NCBI GenBank assembly: GCA_965197925.1
Contig: CBDAOC010000019.1
Location: 96,001 to 160,000 of the forward strand
DNA: 64,000 bases
Direction of reading: 5' to 3'
Source of the DNA: Nitrososphaerales archaeon
Lineage (GTDB): Archaea; Thermoproteota; Nitrososphaeria; Nitrososphaerales; UBA213
Shown: positions 45,533-56,915 of the stretch, one piece after another
How positions within the stretch are numbered: the first letter of the stretch is position 1
Layout: each line of letters opens with the position of its first letter
Notes under the pieces: model-generated
Database searches by the model: none
What the model saw: the letters and a program-made list of their open reading frames with translations, nothing else
Told to the model about the DNA's origin: nothing
Translations under genes and position numbers: made by a program

Positions 45533-45815
45533 ACTGGAAGTAAAGGAATTGATCAACTTTCCTCGATGGACAAGACAACTAATTCACAGACCTGGTTCTG
45601 TATGGCTTGCTGCCATATACAAAAACAAAATTTGCGGAGTAAGCACATTTCCCGTGTTTATTAACGTCAAACTTTTCCTCAAAGATTACAACGAGACTAT
45701 TATTTGGGAAATGTAGATTTCTAGATGATGATGACATGTTGCTCTATAGATGTTACCATTGAAGGCAACAATCTTATATTAACCAGTTCCAGCAATGATT
45801 AACCCTACGGAATCT
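45529..45815. repeat. ~285-bp duplicated block (copy at 57967-58253)
   Basis: Near-identical sequence at both sites, each followed by a degraded IS5 3' end. Confidence 0.9.
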
Positions 45816-45964
45816 ATAAGTAATTTCAAAATCCTCCAACGCATTATGAATTTTGCCGGATGCAGAAATCCCACATACGTTTCCGGCAATTCTTCATAGC
45901 TAATCGTTGATCTCCGGAACCCCTGTACTAGCAGATATATCGATCGCAGAAATTTCATTAACCG

Positions 45965-46288
45965 TTAAAGAGTTTTGAGATGACCTGCTTGTATTAAATC
46001 ATAATCTGTCATATTTTTCATAACTACAGTATAACAAGCATTTGCATGACTGACTTTGAGTTTGAATTCACGTTTTAAAGTGCTCTTGAAAAGCTCTTCA
46101 CGTGGAATTTGTTTGTTATCATAATAAGTGTAGATTTTATGAAAAAGCTCTGGATTTAATAATGCTTGTCTTAATCCTGTTCTTCGTTCGTCATCATTCA
46201 TTGGTGATACTATGGATGTCCCTACAGGTATAAGGGTCATGGGTGATAACAAGTGGAAGACAATAATCCAGAACGCATCATTGTGCAA
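45965..46288 (-). pseudogene. Fragment resembling the N-terminal region of TIR/nucleotide-binding defence proteins
   Basis: L.QALLNP.LF..IY..Y....IP....F...L.REF. Confidence 0.4.
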
Positions 46289-46331
46289 GAAAAACTCTTT
46301 GAAACCCTAAAATTCAACATGTCCAATCCTG

Positions 46332-46652
46332 TCAAGACTTCATACCAAAGAGGGCACCCAGTGCACTTCGAATGGTCTGATTCGCAAGACCTACTGGCAT
46401 CCCAAGACCGATTACGATGTATGCAGCCAATGCCGTATCACTCAGTGTAAATGGCATATCCTTGAAACCAGCAAACATGACTACCAGATGCACCATAATG
46501 ATATTGCATCCAATAACCCACTTGACCCAGCGAGATAGTTTTTTCTTGTCTCCGTCAGGTGTATCCTTAATTGGTACGTTACCGCTCAAATCGGGATTTG
46601 GTAGTATATCCGTTGATGATCTGGCTTTGAAGCTGCTTACTGGATCTCCCAA
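46332..46652 (-). CDS. Two-TM partner (putative toxin) downstream of Panacea antitoxin
   Basis: Two hydrophobic helices; in-frame ATG at 46667 overlaps the antitoxin end but is followed by TGA at codon 4. Confidence 0.55.
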   Translation of the reverse strand: MGDPVSSFKARSSTDILPNPDLSGNVPIKDTPDGDKKKLSRWVKWVIGCNIIMVHLVVMFAGFKDMPFTLSDTALAAYIVIGLGMPVGLANQTIRSALGALFGMKS

Positions 46653-46659
46653 CTGTCAA

Positions 46660-47178
46660 TCAGCCATCCAACTCTTTCTTGTAGTATTTTTTTATTGTAT
46701 AATCTGGTATCTCTGTTCCAAACTCCCCGTCATGGTGTGTATCCCAAGGGGAACCAGGCTCATGGCACATCCTCTGCAAGTCACTAAACGACCAATCCCC
46801 ATAATGTTTCACAGTCAAGTCTATTATGCTGCGCTCATCATCACTTATGACCACCGAGAATAATCGTTCAAGGTGATTGTCAAAGTTCATGTCCTGTCTG
46901 GGTTTAGTTCCGCAATAGTGAAGCTTCTGTACCTTTCCGTCGCCCCACATCTTCAGTTCGTGGTACAGCACAGGTATTACAGGTCCGTACTTCCAGGCTT
47001 CTATGCGATCCCGTATGAGGGGATTGTCCTTAACACCCAATGTCCTGCCATGCGATATGAACACCAATTTGATAAGCTGGAACGGGGTGAATCTGCAATC
47101 ATGTCTGTAGACTATGTAGTCCGATATCAGCAGTGAGGAGTGTCCCTGCTGTATTCCCATGCAAATTATGGCAGACAT
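46660..47178 (-). CDS. Panacea (DUF4065/SocA/GepA) antitoxin-domain protein
   Basis: TP.QL.KLV...HG.......PL....IEAWKYGPV.P.LY, V..YG......L..M.H.PGSPW. Confidence 0.9.
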   Translation of the reverse strand: MSAIICMGIQQGHSSLLISDYIVYRHDCRFTPFQLIKLVFISHGRTLGVKDNPLIRDRIEAWKYGPVIPVLYHELKMWGDGKVQKLHYCGTKPRQDMNFDNHLERLFSVVISDDERSIIDLTVKHYGDWSFSDLQRMCHEPGSPWDTHHDGEFGTEIPDYTIKKYYKKELDG

Positions 47179-47451
47179 GACAGTTTAAATGTTTTCCAAT
47201 TATCCGAGCCCGTGAAAATTCATATCACCATAACTTTACAGACACAAAAGATCTATATCCAGCTCCCGACACTTTCCAGGGAGAAGAAGATCCCGTTAAG
47301 TTACTAGTTCCGCATTAAAACATACTATATTATGAGCACTTCGTTCCTTCGTATCGTTTCCCTACCCCTGAAAAATGCTAATGTTTTTGACTTGTTACTT
47401 AACTTTTAGTCTAGTTTAACACTCTTCCAGAACTGTTTTCAGGCCGTAATT

Positions 47452-47530
47452 TAGGTAGTGCTCCTTTACGTAAAGGTACACTACCTAGGGTGTTCCTTTT
47501 TGCAAAAGGTACACTACCTAGGTACACTAC
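47452..47530. repeat. Tandem imperfect palindromes
   Basis: taggtagtgctcctttac|gtaaaggtacactaccta (16/18 arms), followed by a second variant and a partial third. Confidence 0.85.
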
Positions 47531-47640
47531 ATAATTTCAAAAATGATGTTATTTTATGCCCTATTTTATGGTAAACATAAAATAACGTGCCTGTTATTCT
47601 CATATAATTATTTCTAGATCTGTCCTCTCTAGCTAAATTT

Positions 47641-48618
47641 GTGAGAAAATCAAAGAAAAAGAGCATGCCGACCATATGGCATATACCAGACAATCTATGG
47701 AAAGAGTTCAAACTAGTGTTGCCACCAGAGAAACCAGCAAGAACAGTTGGAAGGCCAGATGTGCCATTTAGAAAAGTATTGAATGGAATACTGTATGTAT
47801 TAAGAACTGGATGCCAGTGGAAGAAGGTGCCGAAAGAATTTGGTTCTGGCTCAACTTGCCATGCAAGATTTCAGGAATGGATTGGGATAGGAGTATTCGA
47901 GAAGGTATGGAAGAGGCTGCTGGAAATATATGATGAATTAAGGGCATAGGATGGGACTGGCAATCCATGGATAGCGTACCGAAGGCCCTATTAGGGGGAA
48001 AACGACCGGAGCAAATCCAACGGATAGAGGCAAGCTAGGTACCAAACGTCACATGCTGGTTGATAGAAGAGGAGTACCTCTCTCATCTGTAATTACTGGA
48101 GCAAATAAACACGATATGAAATCAGCCTTTCCTACAATAGATAGCATTGTTGTTGATAGGCCCAAAGTTAAACAGAACATATGCATGAATAGGATATGAT
48201 TTCCCTGAGATAGAGTATAGAGTATGAAATATGGAGTTAGGAGAAGGGGATATGTGGATCACATTCGTCATAAGGGTGAAGTATTGAAAAAGAATTTGTA
48301 CAAAGCAAAGAGATGGGTTGTAGAAAGAACCGCATCTTGGCATAACAGGTTCAGAAAGTCACTGGCAGGATTCGAGAAGAAGAAGGAAAATTGTCAGGCG
48401 CTGGTAGAACTTGCTGACTGCCTGATAGTGTAGAGCGATATATTGGTAGTGTCATAAACACGTTAATGCAACTGTTTCTAGTATCCGCCATCCACAATAC
48501 CAATAAAATCAATAGCAAGAAAACCAAACCTGACAGCATGAACCAATATTCTTGCATTCTAGATGTTATCATTTCTACCAATCATTAACTATCAGCTAGA
48601 ATTTTAGGATAAGCTCTT
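47641..48618 (+). mobile_element. IS5-family element, frameshifted transposase
   Basis: MPTIWHIPD.LW, VLNGILYVLRTGCQW, GGGGGAAAA slippery site, RWVVERTASW; right end ttttaggataagctct. Confidence 0.88.
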
Positions 48619-48917
48619 AGTTGAGCAATTTTTGACATGATAATTTTACGAGCACCTAATGACATTAGGGTTTCCAGTGCTTAATGCCTTGTACGGGATA
48701 ATCACGGCTGGTTTACTGCAGAATTGTTTTAGTAAATTGAGTATTGTAAAACCTGCAACAGTTACACTGCCTATGTAAATATACAAAGACAAATTCCCAA
48801 CTTTACCAACTTTTGTTGCATGGTTATGTAACCCCATTAATGATTCATCACTAATATTCAATCCGGGAACATTCTTTCGATCACCTAAAAAACAAACTAG
48901 AACTTTCGAGCAGTATT

Positions 48918-49194
48918 TTCTTCCAGTTTTTTAATTATTTCTTGTCTTTCCAAATATATTCAACACTTCTTATACATTATTTAAATTTAATACATTCAGG
49001 ATCTATTGAATCTATTATGGGCCATGATAACCCGACAGAACCCTGCCTATACCGCACCACGCTAATAACACCAGCGATTAACCCTGATTCCACAATGTTC
49101 TACATCATTCTAGAAAGTTCTAACAATTTCGTGCAGGGAATTCTAGATTAATTGTTCATTATACTTAAATACGCCTGTAAGAACAACAAGGATA
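48918..49194 (+). promoter_or_regulatory. Duplicated ~277-bp upstream region of the cassette genes (copy 51875-52151; partial 53533-53686 and ~58925-58980)
   Basis: Near-identical sequence with TATA-like cttaaata about 25 nt before the ATG. Confidence 0.8.
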
Positions 49195-50928
49195 ATGAAT
49201 AAACTAACAATACCAAGCATATTAGCAGCAACAATATTGATAGCGGGAATATTTACATTCATGCCAGTAGAGAAGGCAAGTACGTTGCACACAGGTCTAG
49301 AAGCCAAGTTGGAGGCAGTTGAAAATGAAATCAAGGGTGAAATTAATAAGAACAAATTTTTCCTGGAGACCGTTAACCTGAGTGATCTTGACGATGGGAC
49401 TACGGTAGTAGTCGCTGATACTACTCCCCACGGAATGGGCCAGGTTCACATAGCCGCAACCCTTCCAGTCGCAGACGTTGGTACCGATGGATGTGATGAT
49501 GAGGAGCCATTGGTAGATGTAAAGGCAGGTAAGGCTCCAAATCTTGATATAGTGCTGACGGGTGCCCATAACACGGGAATTGAGGGAAGAGCGGACTTTG
49601 ATAGCGGAGAATGGTTTGAATTTGCCGATACCGCCGATATGTGCGTATTCCATAGGACCATAACTGTCGCAAATGTCGATGCAGACTCGCTGACTAACAT
49701 AGTAGTAGAAGGAAAGGTAGGAGCATTACCGGCAGACGCCTTCATTACCGTGTCAGGCACGGGCTTGATGGATGACGGCATTGGGCTATTGGGTGAAATA
49801 TCAATTGGATTACTTACTCCACGAACAGGAGACTTTGCTTCTTTTGGCGAAGAAAATTTGGCAGGCACTAGGCTGGGAGTAGTTGATTTTAATCAACATC
49901 TCGAAGTGATGGGAGCTCCATGGAATCTCAGAATTGTTGAGAAGGACACTGAAACTGACCCCGACACCGCATTAGAAAAACTAAAGGAGCTTGATGCTGA
50001 AGGAATTGGAATTGTAATTGGTCCTGGAGCTAGTTCAAGTGTTGACGCAGTCAGAGAGTATGCAAATTCTAATAACATCCTACTTGTTAGCACCGGTTCT
50101 ACTTCACCTGAACTAACTATTGCAGGTGATAACGTGTTCCGCCTGGTTCCGGATGACAATAAACAGGGAACTGCACTTGCAGAGCTAATAAAGTCTGAAG
50201 GAATTGACGTATTGGTTCCTGTGTGGAGGGATGACGTGTGGGGTAATGGATTAAAAGCGGTCGTGACTGAATCATTTGAGGATAAAACTAGCGGAGCAAA
50301 TCCAGTGGGACGAGTACATGCTGGAATTGATTACGTTCCTGAATCTCCGGGGATTTCTGATGTAATTGATAGATTAGAAACTATAGTACAAGAATATGTT
50401 GATGAAAATGATGTTAGTGCAGACGATGTCGCTGTTTTATTTATAGGATTTGACGAGATTTTAGAATTCCTACAGGAAGCTTCGGATCATGCTATCTTAA
50501 GTGATGTAAGATGGTTTGGATCAGATGCCAATACAAAGCAACAACTTCTAACAAATGATCGTATAGCATCAGATTTTTCAACTGAAGTAGAATTTACATC
50601 GCTCCAATTCACGGCATCTAAAAGCGCAATCTATGAAAGGGTGAAGGCTGACTTCGGGAGTGATCCTGGCATATATGCTTACGCCTCATACGATGCCGTA
50701 TGGGTGATTGGACTTACAATGCTTGATACCCAAAGCACCGATGCCCTTACCATAAAGGGAAAGCTTCCAGAAATTGCAGGAACCTATAGTGGTGCAATCG
50801 GATCGACAAGACTGAATGCAGCAGGAGATTTGGAACAAGCCGATTATGATATATGGGGAATCAGAGGCGGAGATTGGGAACTATTAGGAAAATACACTGA
50901 AAGCACTGGCAGAGTGGTACTAACCTAG
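49195..50928 (+). CDS. Secreted protein: conserved N-terminal beta domain fused to branched-chain amino acid-type ABC substrate-binding domain
   Basis: Leader MNKLTIPSILAAT; IG.L.P.TG, DTETDP..A.EK, IGP..S, STSP.L.IAGDNVFRL.PDD, YDAVW..G. Confidence 0.88.
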   Translation: MNKLTIPSILAATILIAGIFTFMPVEKASTLHTGLEAKLEAVENEIKGEINKNKFFLETVNLSDLDDGTTVVVADTTPHGMGQVHIAATLPVADVGTDGCDDEEPLVDVKAGKAPNLDIVLTGAHNTGIEGRADFDSGEWFEFADTADMCVFHRTITVANVDADSLTNIVVEGKVGALPADAFITVSGTGLMDDGIGLLGEISIGLLTPRTGDFASFGEENLAGTRLGVVDFNQHLEVMGAPWNLRIVEKDTETDPDTALEKLKELDAEGIGIVIGPGASSSVDAVREYANSNNILLVSTGSTSPELTIAGDNVFRLVPDDNKQGTALAELIKSEGIDVLVPVWRDDVWGNGLKAVVTESFEDKTSGANPVGRVHAGIDYVPESPGISDVIDRLETIVQEYVDENDVSADDVAVLFIGFDEILEFLQEASDHAILSDVRWFGSDANTKQQLLTNDRIASDFSTEVEFTSLQFTASKSAIYERVKADFGSDPGIYAYASYDAVWVIGLTMLDTQSTDALTIKGKLPEIAGTYSGAIGSTRLNAAGDLEQADYDIWGIRGGDWELLGKYTESTGRVVLT

Positions 50929-50999
50929 ATACGCTTGGCTCAGGGCGTACCAGTAATTTTTTTATTTTTTTTTGCTATCCAGTGTAAAGCTAGGCCGCG

Positions 51000-51725
51000 A
51001 TGTTTTTTTGATGAAAGCTGATGTCGCCTGAATATATGGTGGACAAGCCAAGGACGCTTTTGGGCAGGGTGCTCTTGCCGCTGCCGCTTCCGCTAGATCC
51101 TATTATTACGGTAGTCCCTTTTTCTTTTCTTCTACATGATCTTCAAGCAGCAAGTCTATGGTCCTATTATTACGGTAGTCCCTTTTTGCCTTGCCTTAAA
51201 ATCCATGCCAGACAATACGTGGCTGTTTGCATAACCCGCATTTAGCGCGCCTGCACGAATTGTTGGTTGCGACATCTACCTCCCGGACATGATTCTACCA
51301 CTTTTTTATCATCTCCTCCGAGCTATCCCCCTGCAATCATTCGTCCTGCATTCATCGCAAATGCATGATCTGTGTATCACGGTGCAATATCCAACATGTG
51401 CTCTGTAATTAAAAATGTGATTTTTTGCTCCCTGCAAATTTTTGATATCTTCTCAAATATGTCGTGCGCCGGCGCCGGGTTTACACCTGCAATTGGCTCA
51501 TCCATTGGGATCATTTTGGCACCCGGCATCATTGCCCTGCCTAGATCCGGCAGTTTTTGCCGGCCTCCGCCTGAGGTTTTGACTGGAAATACCCTTCTTC
51601 CCTATCAGACTGACTATCTCCATTACCTCCAATGCCCCGTCATGATCTTTTTTCCACTTTGATTTTATTGGCGTAAAAATAAACGGCTCGCCGGCATTTG
51701 TACTTGGTATTAAAAAATTCTCCAT
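51000..51725 (-). pseudogene. LivG/LivF-type ABC ATP-binding gene remnants
   Basis: ARAMM..AK.I.MDEP.AGVNP...IFEKI...ITFLI.EH.LD, then VIIGSSGSGKSTL.KSVLGL; frameshifted. Confidence 0.75.
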
Positions 51726-52151
51726 GGTATCTTATTTTGTTTTACTTGATAATGGTATCTTCCAATGTACATGCAAAGTGGCGAAGTTATTGAGGAAGAT
51801 CTTGACTACGAAGAGATTGTAGACGCAATGCCTCAGGCCTTGACAGGCGAAAGGCATAAGGATCCTTCCGTCTATTCTTCCAGTTTTTTAATTATTTCTT
51901 GTCTTTCCAAATATATTCAACACTTCTTATACATTATTTAAATTTAATACATTCAGGATCTATTGAATCTATTATGGGCCATGATAACCCGACAGAACCC
52001 TGCCTATACCGCACCACGCTAATAACACCAGTAATTAAACCTGATTCCACAATGTTCTACATCATTCTAGAAAGTTCTAACAATTTCGTGCAGGGAATTC
52101 TAGATTAATTGTTCATTATACTTAAATACGCCTGTAAGAACAACAAGGATA

Positions 52152-52755
52152 ATGAATAAACTAACAATACCAAGCATATTAGCAGCAACAGTATTGATAG
52201 CGGGAATATTTGCATTCATGCCAGTAGAGAAGGCAAGTACAGTGCACACTGGCCTAGAAGAGAAGATGGAGGCAGTTGAAGATACAATCAAAGGTGAAAT
52301 TAATAAGAACAGGGTTTTTCTGGAGACCGTTAACCTGCAGGGCGTTACCGATACTAGTAAGGTAGTAGTCGCTGATACTACTCCCCACGTAATGGGCCAG
52401 GTTCACATAGCCGCAACCCTTCCAGTCGCAGAAGCATGGTGTAGTCGATACATGTGAAGGACAGGATCCATTGGTGGATGTAATGGCAGGTAAGGCTGGT
52501 GTAGATCTTACAAAAGTGCTGACGGGTGCCCATAACACGGGAATTGAGGGAAGAACGAACTTTGATGTTGGAAACACTGATAATCCATTTGACGCTACCG
52601 ATCGTACCAACGATATGTGCGTATTCCAAAGGACCATAACTGTCGCAAATGTCGATGCAGACATGCTGACCGACATAGTAGTAGAAGGAAAGGTAGGAGC
52701 ACTACCGGCAGACGCTTTCATTACAGTGTCAGGTAATGTGTTATACAGGCCGTAG
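52152..52755 (+). pseudogene. Stand-alone copy of the cassette N-terminal domain, frameshift at ~52437
   Basis: Same leader and framework as 49195; ends FITVSGNVLYRP* without an SBP domain. Confidence 0.85.
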
Positions 52756-53005
52756 AATTAATAAAACCACTTTTCTCTTTTTATTTATACAAGGCGCTTG
52801 CAGACCCATCTATGTTTATGTACCGGACATGCATTACCAATCATACGAATATCCAATATCTTGCAATAGTCAAGATAGGCAATGGCCTGCGCTTAACCTT
52901 GCCGTGGGATTTGCAAGGCAATGAAGATTAAGGCTGATAATGTACGTCATGGCCAATGACAGGGAAATCACGGTTAGGAAGAACAAAATAACTGAAAGGA
53001 AGTGA

Positions 53006-53479
53006 ATGGAAAACATGGTTAAAGAATCGTGTTTCTTCTGCAAAAGGGAGCTGGGATGGGGTAAAGCGAAGCATAAGAACAGTGAGCTCCTTGAGAAAGG
53101 AATAGAGCCCGACGGAATGTCTCATGAAGACATCTGCTGTGACCATTGTTTTAATGCCAAGAAGAATGCAAGGGTTGAGCAAAAACAACAAGAGGCAGAA
53201 CCAGGGACCGCCTTGAATCAGCAGCCGCGGCAACTGGCATCAAGGGTAGATGACTAACCGCTTTGGGATAAGAACGGCATAATCCAGTTCAAGAATGAGC
53301 AAATCGCCATTCTCAAGAGGGCCATCGGGGCACAGGTGGAGTTCATCATAGCGTTTGACGACCTGACGAAGGAGGGGTATCGCTTGATGGTTATTGACGA
53401 AGGTAAGGAAACAGGAATGGGCGGTCTTGGGGGTGGAATAAGTTCATACTTTTACTTCCAGAAGCGGGAACTAGTATAG
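53006..53479 (+). pseudogene. Zn-ribbon hypothetical protein with in-frame TAA at 53255
   Basis: CFFC..CDHC; reading continues in frame as PLWDKNGIIQFKNE.IAILKR...YFYFQK to TAG 53477. Confidence 0.65.
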
Positions 53480-53686
53480 GCTACAGGTTCCTCCAGCGAT
53501 CAAGCAATGCTGTTGTTGTTTCGAGTAATTGTCTGCCTATACCACACCACGCGCCAGTAACACCAGCAATTAAACCTGATTCTACGAAGTTTTACGTTAT
53601 TCCAGAAAGTTCTAACAATTTCACGCGGGGGATTCTAGATTAATTGTCTATCATGCTTAAATATGCCTGTAGACAGCGCTAGAACA

Positions 53687-53752
53687 ATGAACAGACTAGC
53701 AATACCAAGCATACTGGCGGCAACGGTACTGATAGCGGGAATATTTGCATTC
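53687..53752 (+). pseudogene. Fourth cassette copy, leader only, cut by IS
   Basis: MNRLAIPSILAATVLIAGIFAF immediately followed by the IS terminal repeat. Confidence 0.85.
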
Positions 53753-54632
53753 CAACTGATCCCAAAACTGATCATTTAGTGAATAATTGACGATCATTTG
53801 GATCTATTTGCAATGCTGCCCGTAGCAGATCATGAAATTTCAGGAGATAACAGGTGAACAATGGAAGATGATATCACCGCATCTCCCCAAGCCAGCCAGA
53901 ACCGGAAGGCCAAGGGCAGACGACAGAAAGACAGTCAACGGAATCCTGTTTGTCGGGATAACAGGATGCAGGTGGACTGAGATGTCACAAAGGTACGGCT
54001 CCAAATCAACTGCGCACCGCAGACTGCAGAACTGGCAGCGACGTGGAATATGGAAGAATATCCTCTCCGCTGCAGTCAAATCAGCCCACAGATCAGGCAA
54101 GATGCAGCTGCAAAAAACGGTCGATTCGTCATCAGTTCCGGCCAAAAAAGGGGAAGCGTCATAGGATACAACGGATTCAACAGGATTTCAGGCACAAAAA
54201 TACACGTTGCGGTGGAACAAAACGGACTGCCAGTCTCAGTAGTGATGGGTCCTGCAAATCAGCATGACTCTGCAAGATTTGTAGACGTGATGGATGGCAT
54301 CTCACAATATCTGGATGAGAGATCTATCAGAAAAATTGCGCGGTGCCAAGCAGACAAGGGCTATGATGCAGAATTCATCAGGAAATACCTCACCAAAAGA
54401 AAAATCTCTGACTGCATACCTTACAGAAAAAACAGTAAGACACAACAACAAAATGATAATACAGAACAATACCTATACGGCAAGACGCGCTATGTTGTGG
54501 AGAGATTCTTTGCCTGGTTGAAGAATGGGTTCCACAGAACCAGGATCAGATATGAGAAGAATGCACAAAACTATCTGGCATTTGTTATCATTTCGTCGAT
54601 TATGATGTATTGGAGAGTATTGGGATGACTTC
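53753..54632 (+). mobile_element. IS5-family element, apparently intact, with -1 frameshift OrfA/OrfB
   Basis: IRs caactgatcccaaaact / agtattgggatgacttc (13/17). OrfA 53832-54164, AAAAAAG slip site at ~54144, OrfB to 54628 (G.KIHVAV, ADKGYD, RYVVERFFAWLK). Confidence 0.92.
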
Positions 54633-54770
54633 ATTATTTTGCATTCTTAAAGTCCCTGATTCTTCCTGTAACATCTTCAACTAGAATCTACGATGTTCGA
54701 TTTTCAGCCCTTTTTCATTGATAGTCAAGACAATTGTTAGCAAAGCTTCATTGAATTCCTCTATTCCATA

Positions 54771-55057
54771 TTCTTGGTACATAATCATTCTTGGTACATA
54801 ATCATTCTTGGTACATAATCATTCTTGGTACAGGCAAAGAATCATTCTTGGTACATAATCATTCTTGGTACATAATCATTCTTGGTACATAATCATTCTT
54901 GGTACATAATCATTCTTGGTACATAATCATTCTTGGTACATAATCATTCTTGGTACATAATCATTCTTGGTACATAATCATTCTTGTGTACATAATCATT
55001 CTTGGTACATAATCATTCTTGGTACATAATCATTCTTGGTACATAATCATTCTTGGT
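54771..55057. repeat. 17-bp tandem satellite (ataatcattcttggtac), about 17 copies
   Basis: Direct reading; two imperfect units. Confidence 0.95.
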
Positions 55058-55490
55058 CAACAGTATGGATATTGGAAATCCGTTACTCTTCTGCGGCATT
55101 ATTTTTGTACCATTCTCTTGAATCCATTCTATGTTACATGCCCCTTTTTTATCATTCTTGAGTCAACATATTTTTTGTAGATTAATTCTGCCAATTTATG
55201 TGCTGAGTAATCAGTCTTGAATCTTTTTACATTCATTTTTGTTGTTTGTTTAACCTTTGTTTGCAGTAGAATCTCACAATATCATCATGATATCGATCCC
55301 ATCATCCAGTGTTAGAACCAATTCCGTTAATGAATAATCATCCCTCTGCCAGTTTTTGCATGTGGTGGTATGTGTGATTCTATCATACTCCACTGTTTGT
55401 CTGATAATTCTTGGAATTTCATAAAACAATTTTAGATGTCGCTATTCATAGATCTAAATGGTTGCTAAAAATTGTCTAAATGGTTAGTTG
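55058..55490 (-). mobile_element. Indel-riddled partial copy of the IS at 5203-6080
   Basis: Collinear with ~5581-6068, with many small deletions in the left part. Confidence 0.8.
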
Positions 55491-56008
55491 TTTGTTGGTT
55501 ATTGTCTTGAAAGTATCAACGTGATGAACCTTATAGAATGCATGATGGGGAATCATGTTTTCAAATACCATAAATGAAATAATCTCAGTAGAATTGTGGT
55601 CATGAAAAGATAACTTCAAGAATATTGCGGCGAACAAAATCTGTTAGAAGAGATTAATCCAAGCTTGATAAAACTGAGACCGAAAGAGCAAATCAACTTA
55701 GATGGTCAACTCGCTGCTATTGCTTTTGTACTTGTAATCGGGGCATCTCCAATGCTTAGATCATGACCAAGATCTTAAAGAAGTGTTGGATTTATTCATT
55801 ATATTGATGTTAATAAGGATGTTAATAAGGCCGTGGAATATTTCAAAACGAGAGTAAATCTACTGAAATCCGTATCATGCAGTTGGTTACAATCAACTGC
55901 AACTGTATTTGGGAACTAAAGCGTGAATCCAAGAGTTTGTTAGAACAGCAATCGATTTGATGCTAAGGACTTTTACCAGTTGCATGGAATTCGTACAAAC
56001 TGCATACT

Positions 56009-56437
56009 CTATCTTATGCTATACAATGTAAAAGATTGACGCAGAAAGTGGTTAGATGCAGATTTTATTGCACCTGACAGAATCTTTTTCCATACTTTCC
56101 TTTGCTGCCAGTTCTGTAACCTGCGATGTGCAGTTGATTTTGAGCCATACTTTTCTGGCATCTCACGCCACCTGCATCCAGTAACTAGAACAAACATGAT
56201 TCCATTTATCGTGACACGGTCATTACTCCTTGGTCTGCCTGTTCTTGCAGGTTTTGGAATGTATTTTTGAATTGCTTGTCTGTTAATTCTTGAAACATGA
56301 ACAATGATCTTTGCAAAGAAGATCTTGATTGTCATTAATTCACTAAAATTGCATGATCATGGTTCAATGACTAATTGGAAATAGATCTAATGATCGTAAT
56401 TAATTCACTAAAAGTGTAGCAGTTTTGGGACAAGTTG
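56009..56437 (-). mobile_element. IS5 OrfA fragment with one terminal repeat
   Basis: PKPARTGRPR..DR.TINGI.FVL.TGCRW; agttttgggacaagttg at 56421-56437. Confidence 0.85.
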
Positions 56438-56553
56438 ATAATCATTCTTGGTACATAATCATTCTTGGTACATAATCATTCTTGGTACATAATCATTCTT
56501 GGTACATAATCATTCTTGGTACATAATCATTCTTGGTACATAATCATTCTTGG
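56438..56553. repeat. 17-bp tandem satellite, about 7 copies
   Basis: Same unit as 54771-55057. Confidence 0.95.
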
Positions 56554-56915
56554 ACAGTGCAACCAACATACCAATGCGTTAATGTGAAAATCATAAGACC
56601 CACTGTGGATAAACGAATACATATTTTGAAAAAGCCTTTCAAACCTAGAAGAAGAAAATGAATCCGTAGATTCCTTAGTCTGCTTTATTAAAGAAACAGG
56701 CTTGTTCGATGAAGATTCAATATCTAAACCCACTGTGGATTCAATTAGAGCCCAACATTTTGAATGTCATTACATCAAGGTCTACTCTGGTAGCCAATAG
56801 AGAACTGTGTTACCCTTCAGTTTCTAAAGACATCGATCATTAGAAAAGATTAAAAATTGTGGGAATTGGTACAAAAATAAAGTTTATAATCCTGACAAAT
56901 TAATTTATAACTTCA

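Noticed and set aside
48646..48861. Possible IS481-like integrase fragment
   Set aside because: Only a weak GWEFV-like match across frames; insufficient support
48942..49151. Duplicated 69-aa ORF (also 51899-52108)
   Set aside because: Lies in the duplicated upstream region, has no protein features, and is not preserved in the other copies
12195..53257. Stop-codon recoding or pyrrolysine
   Set aside because: The in-frame stops differ (TAG 12195, TGA 46656, TAA 53255), co-occur with frameshifts, and no pyl genes are visible
54771..56553. CRISPR array
   Set aside because: 17-bp units are contiguous with no unique spacers
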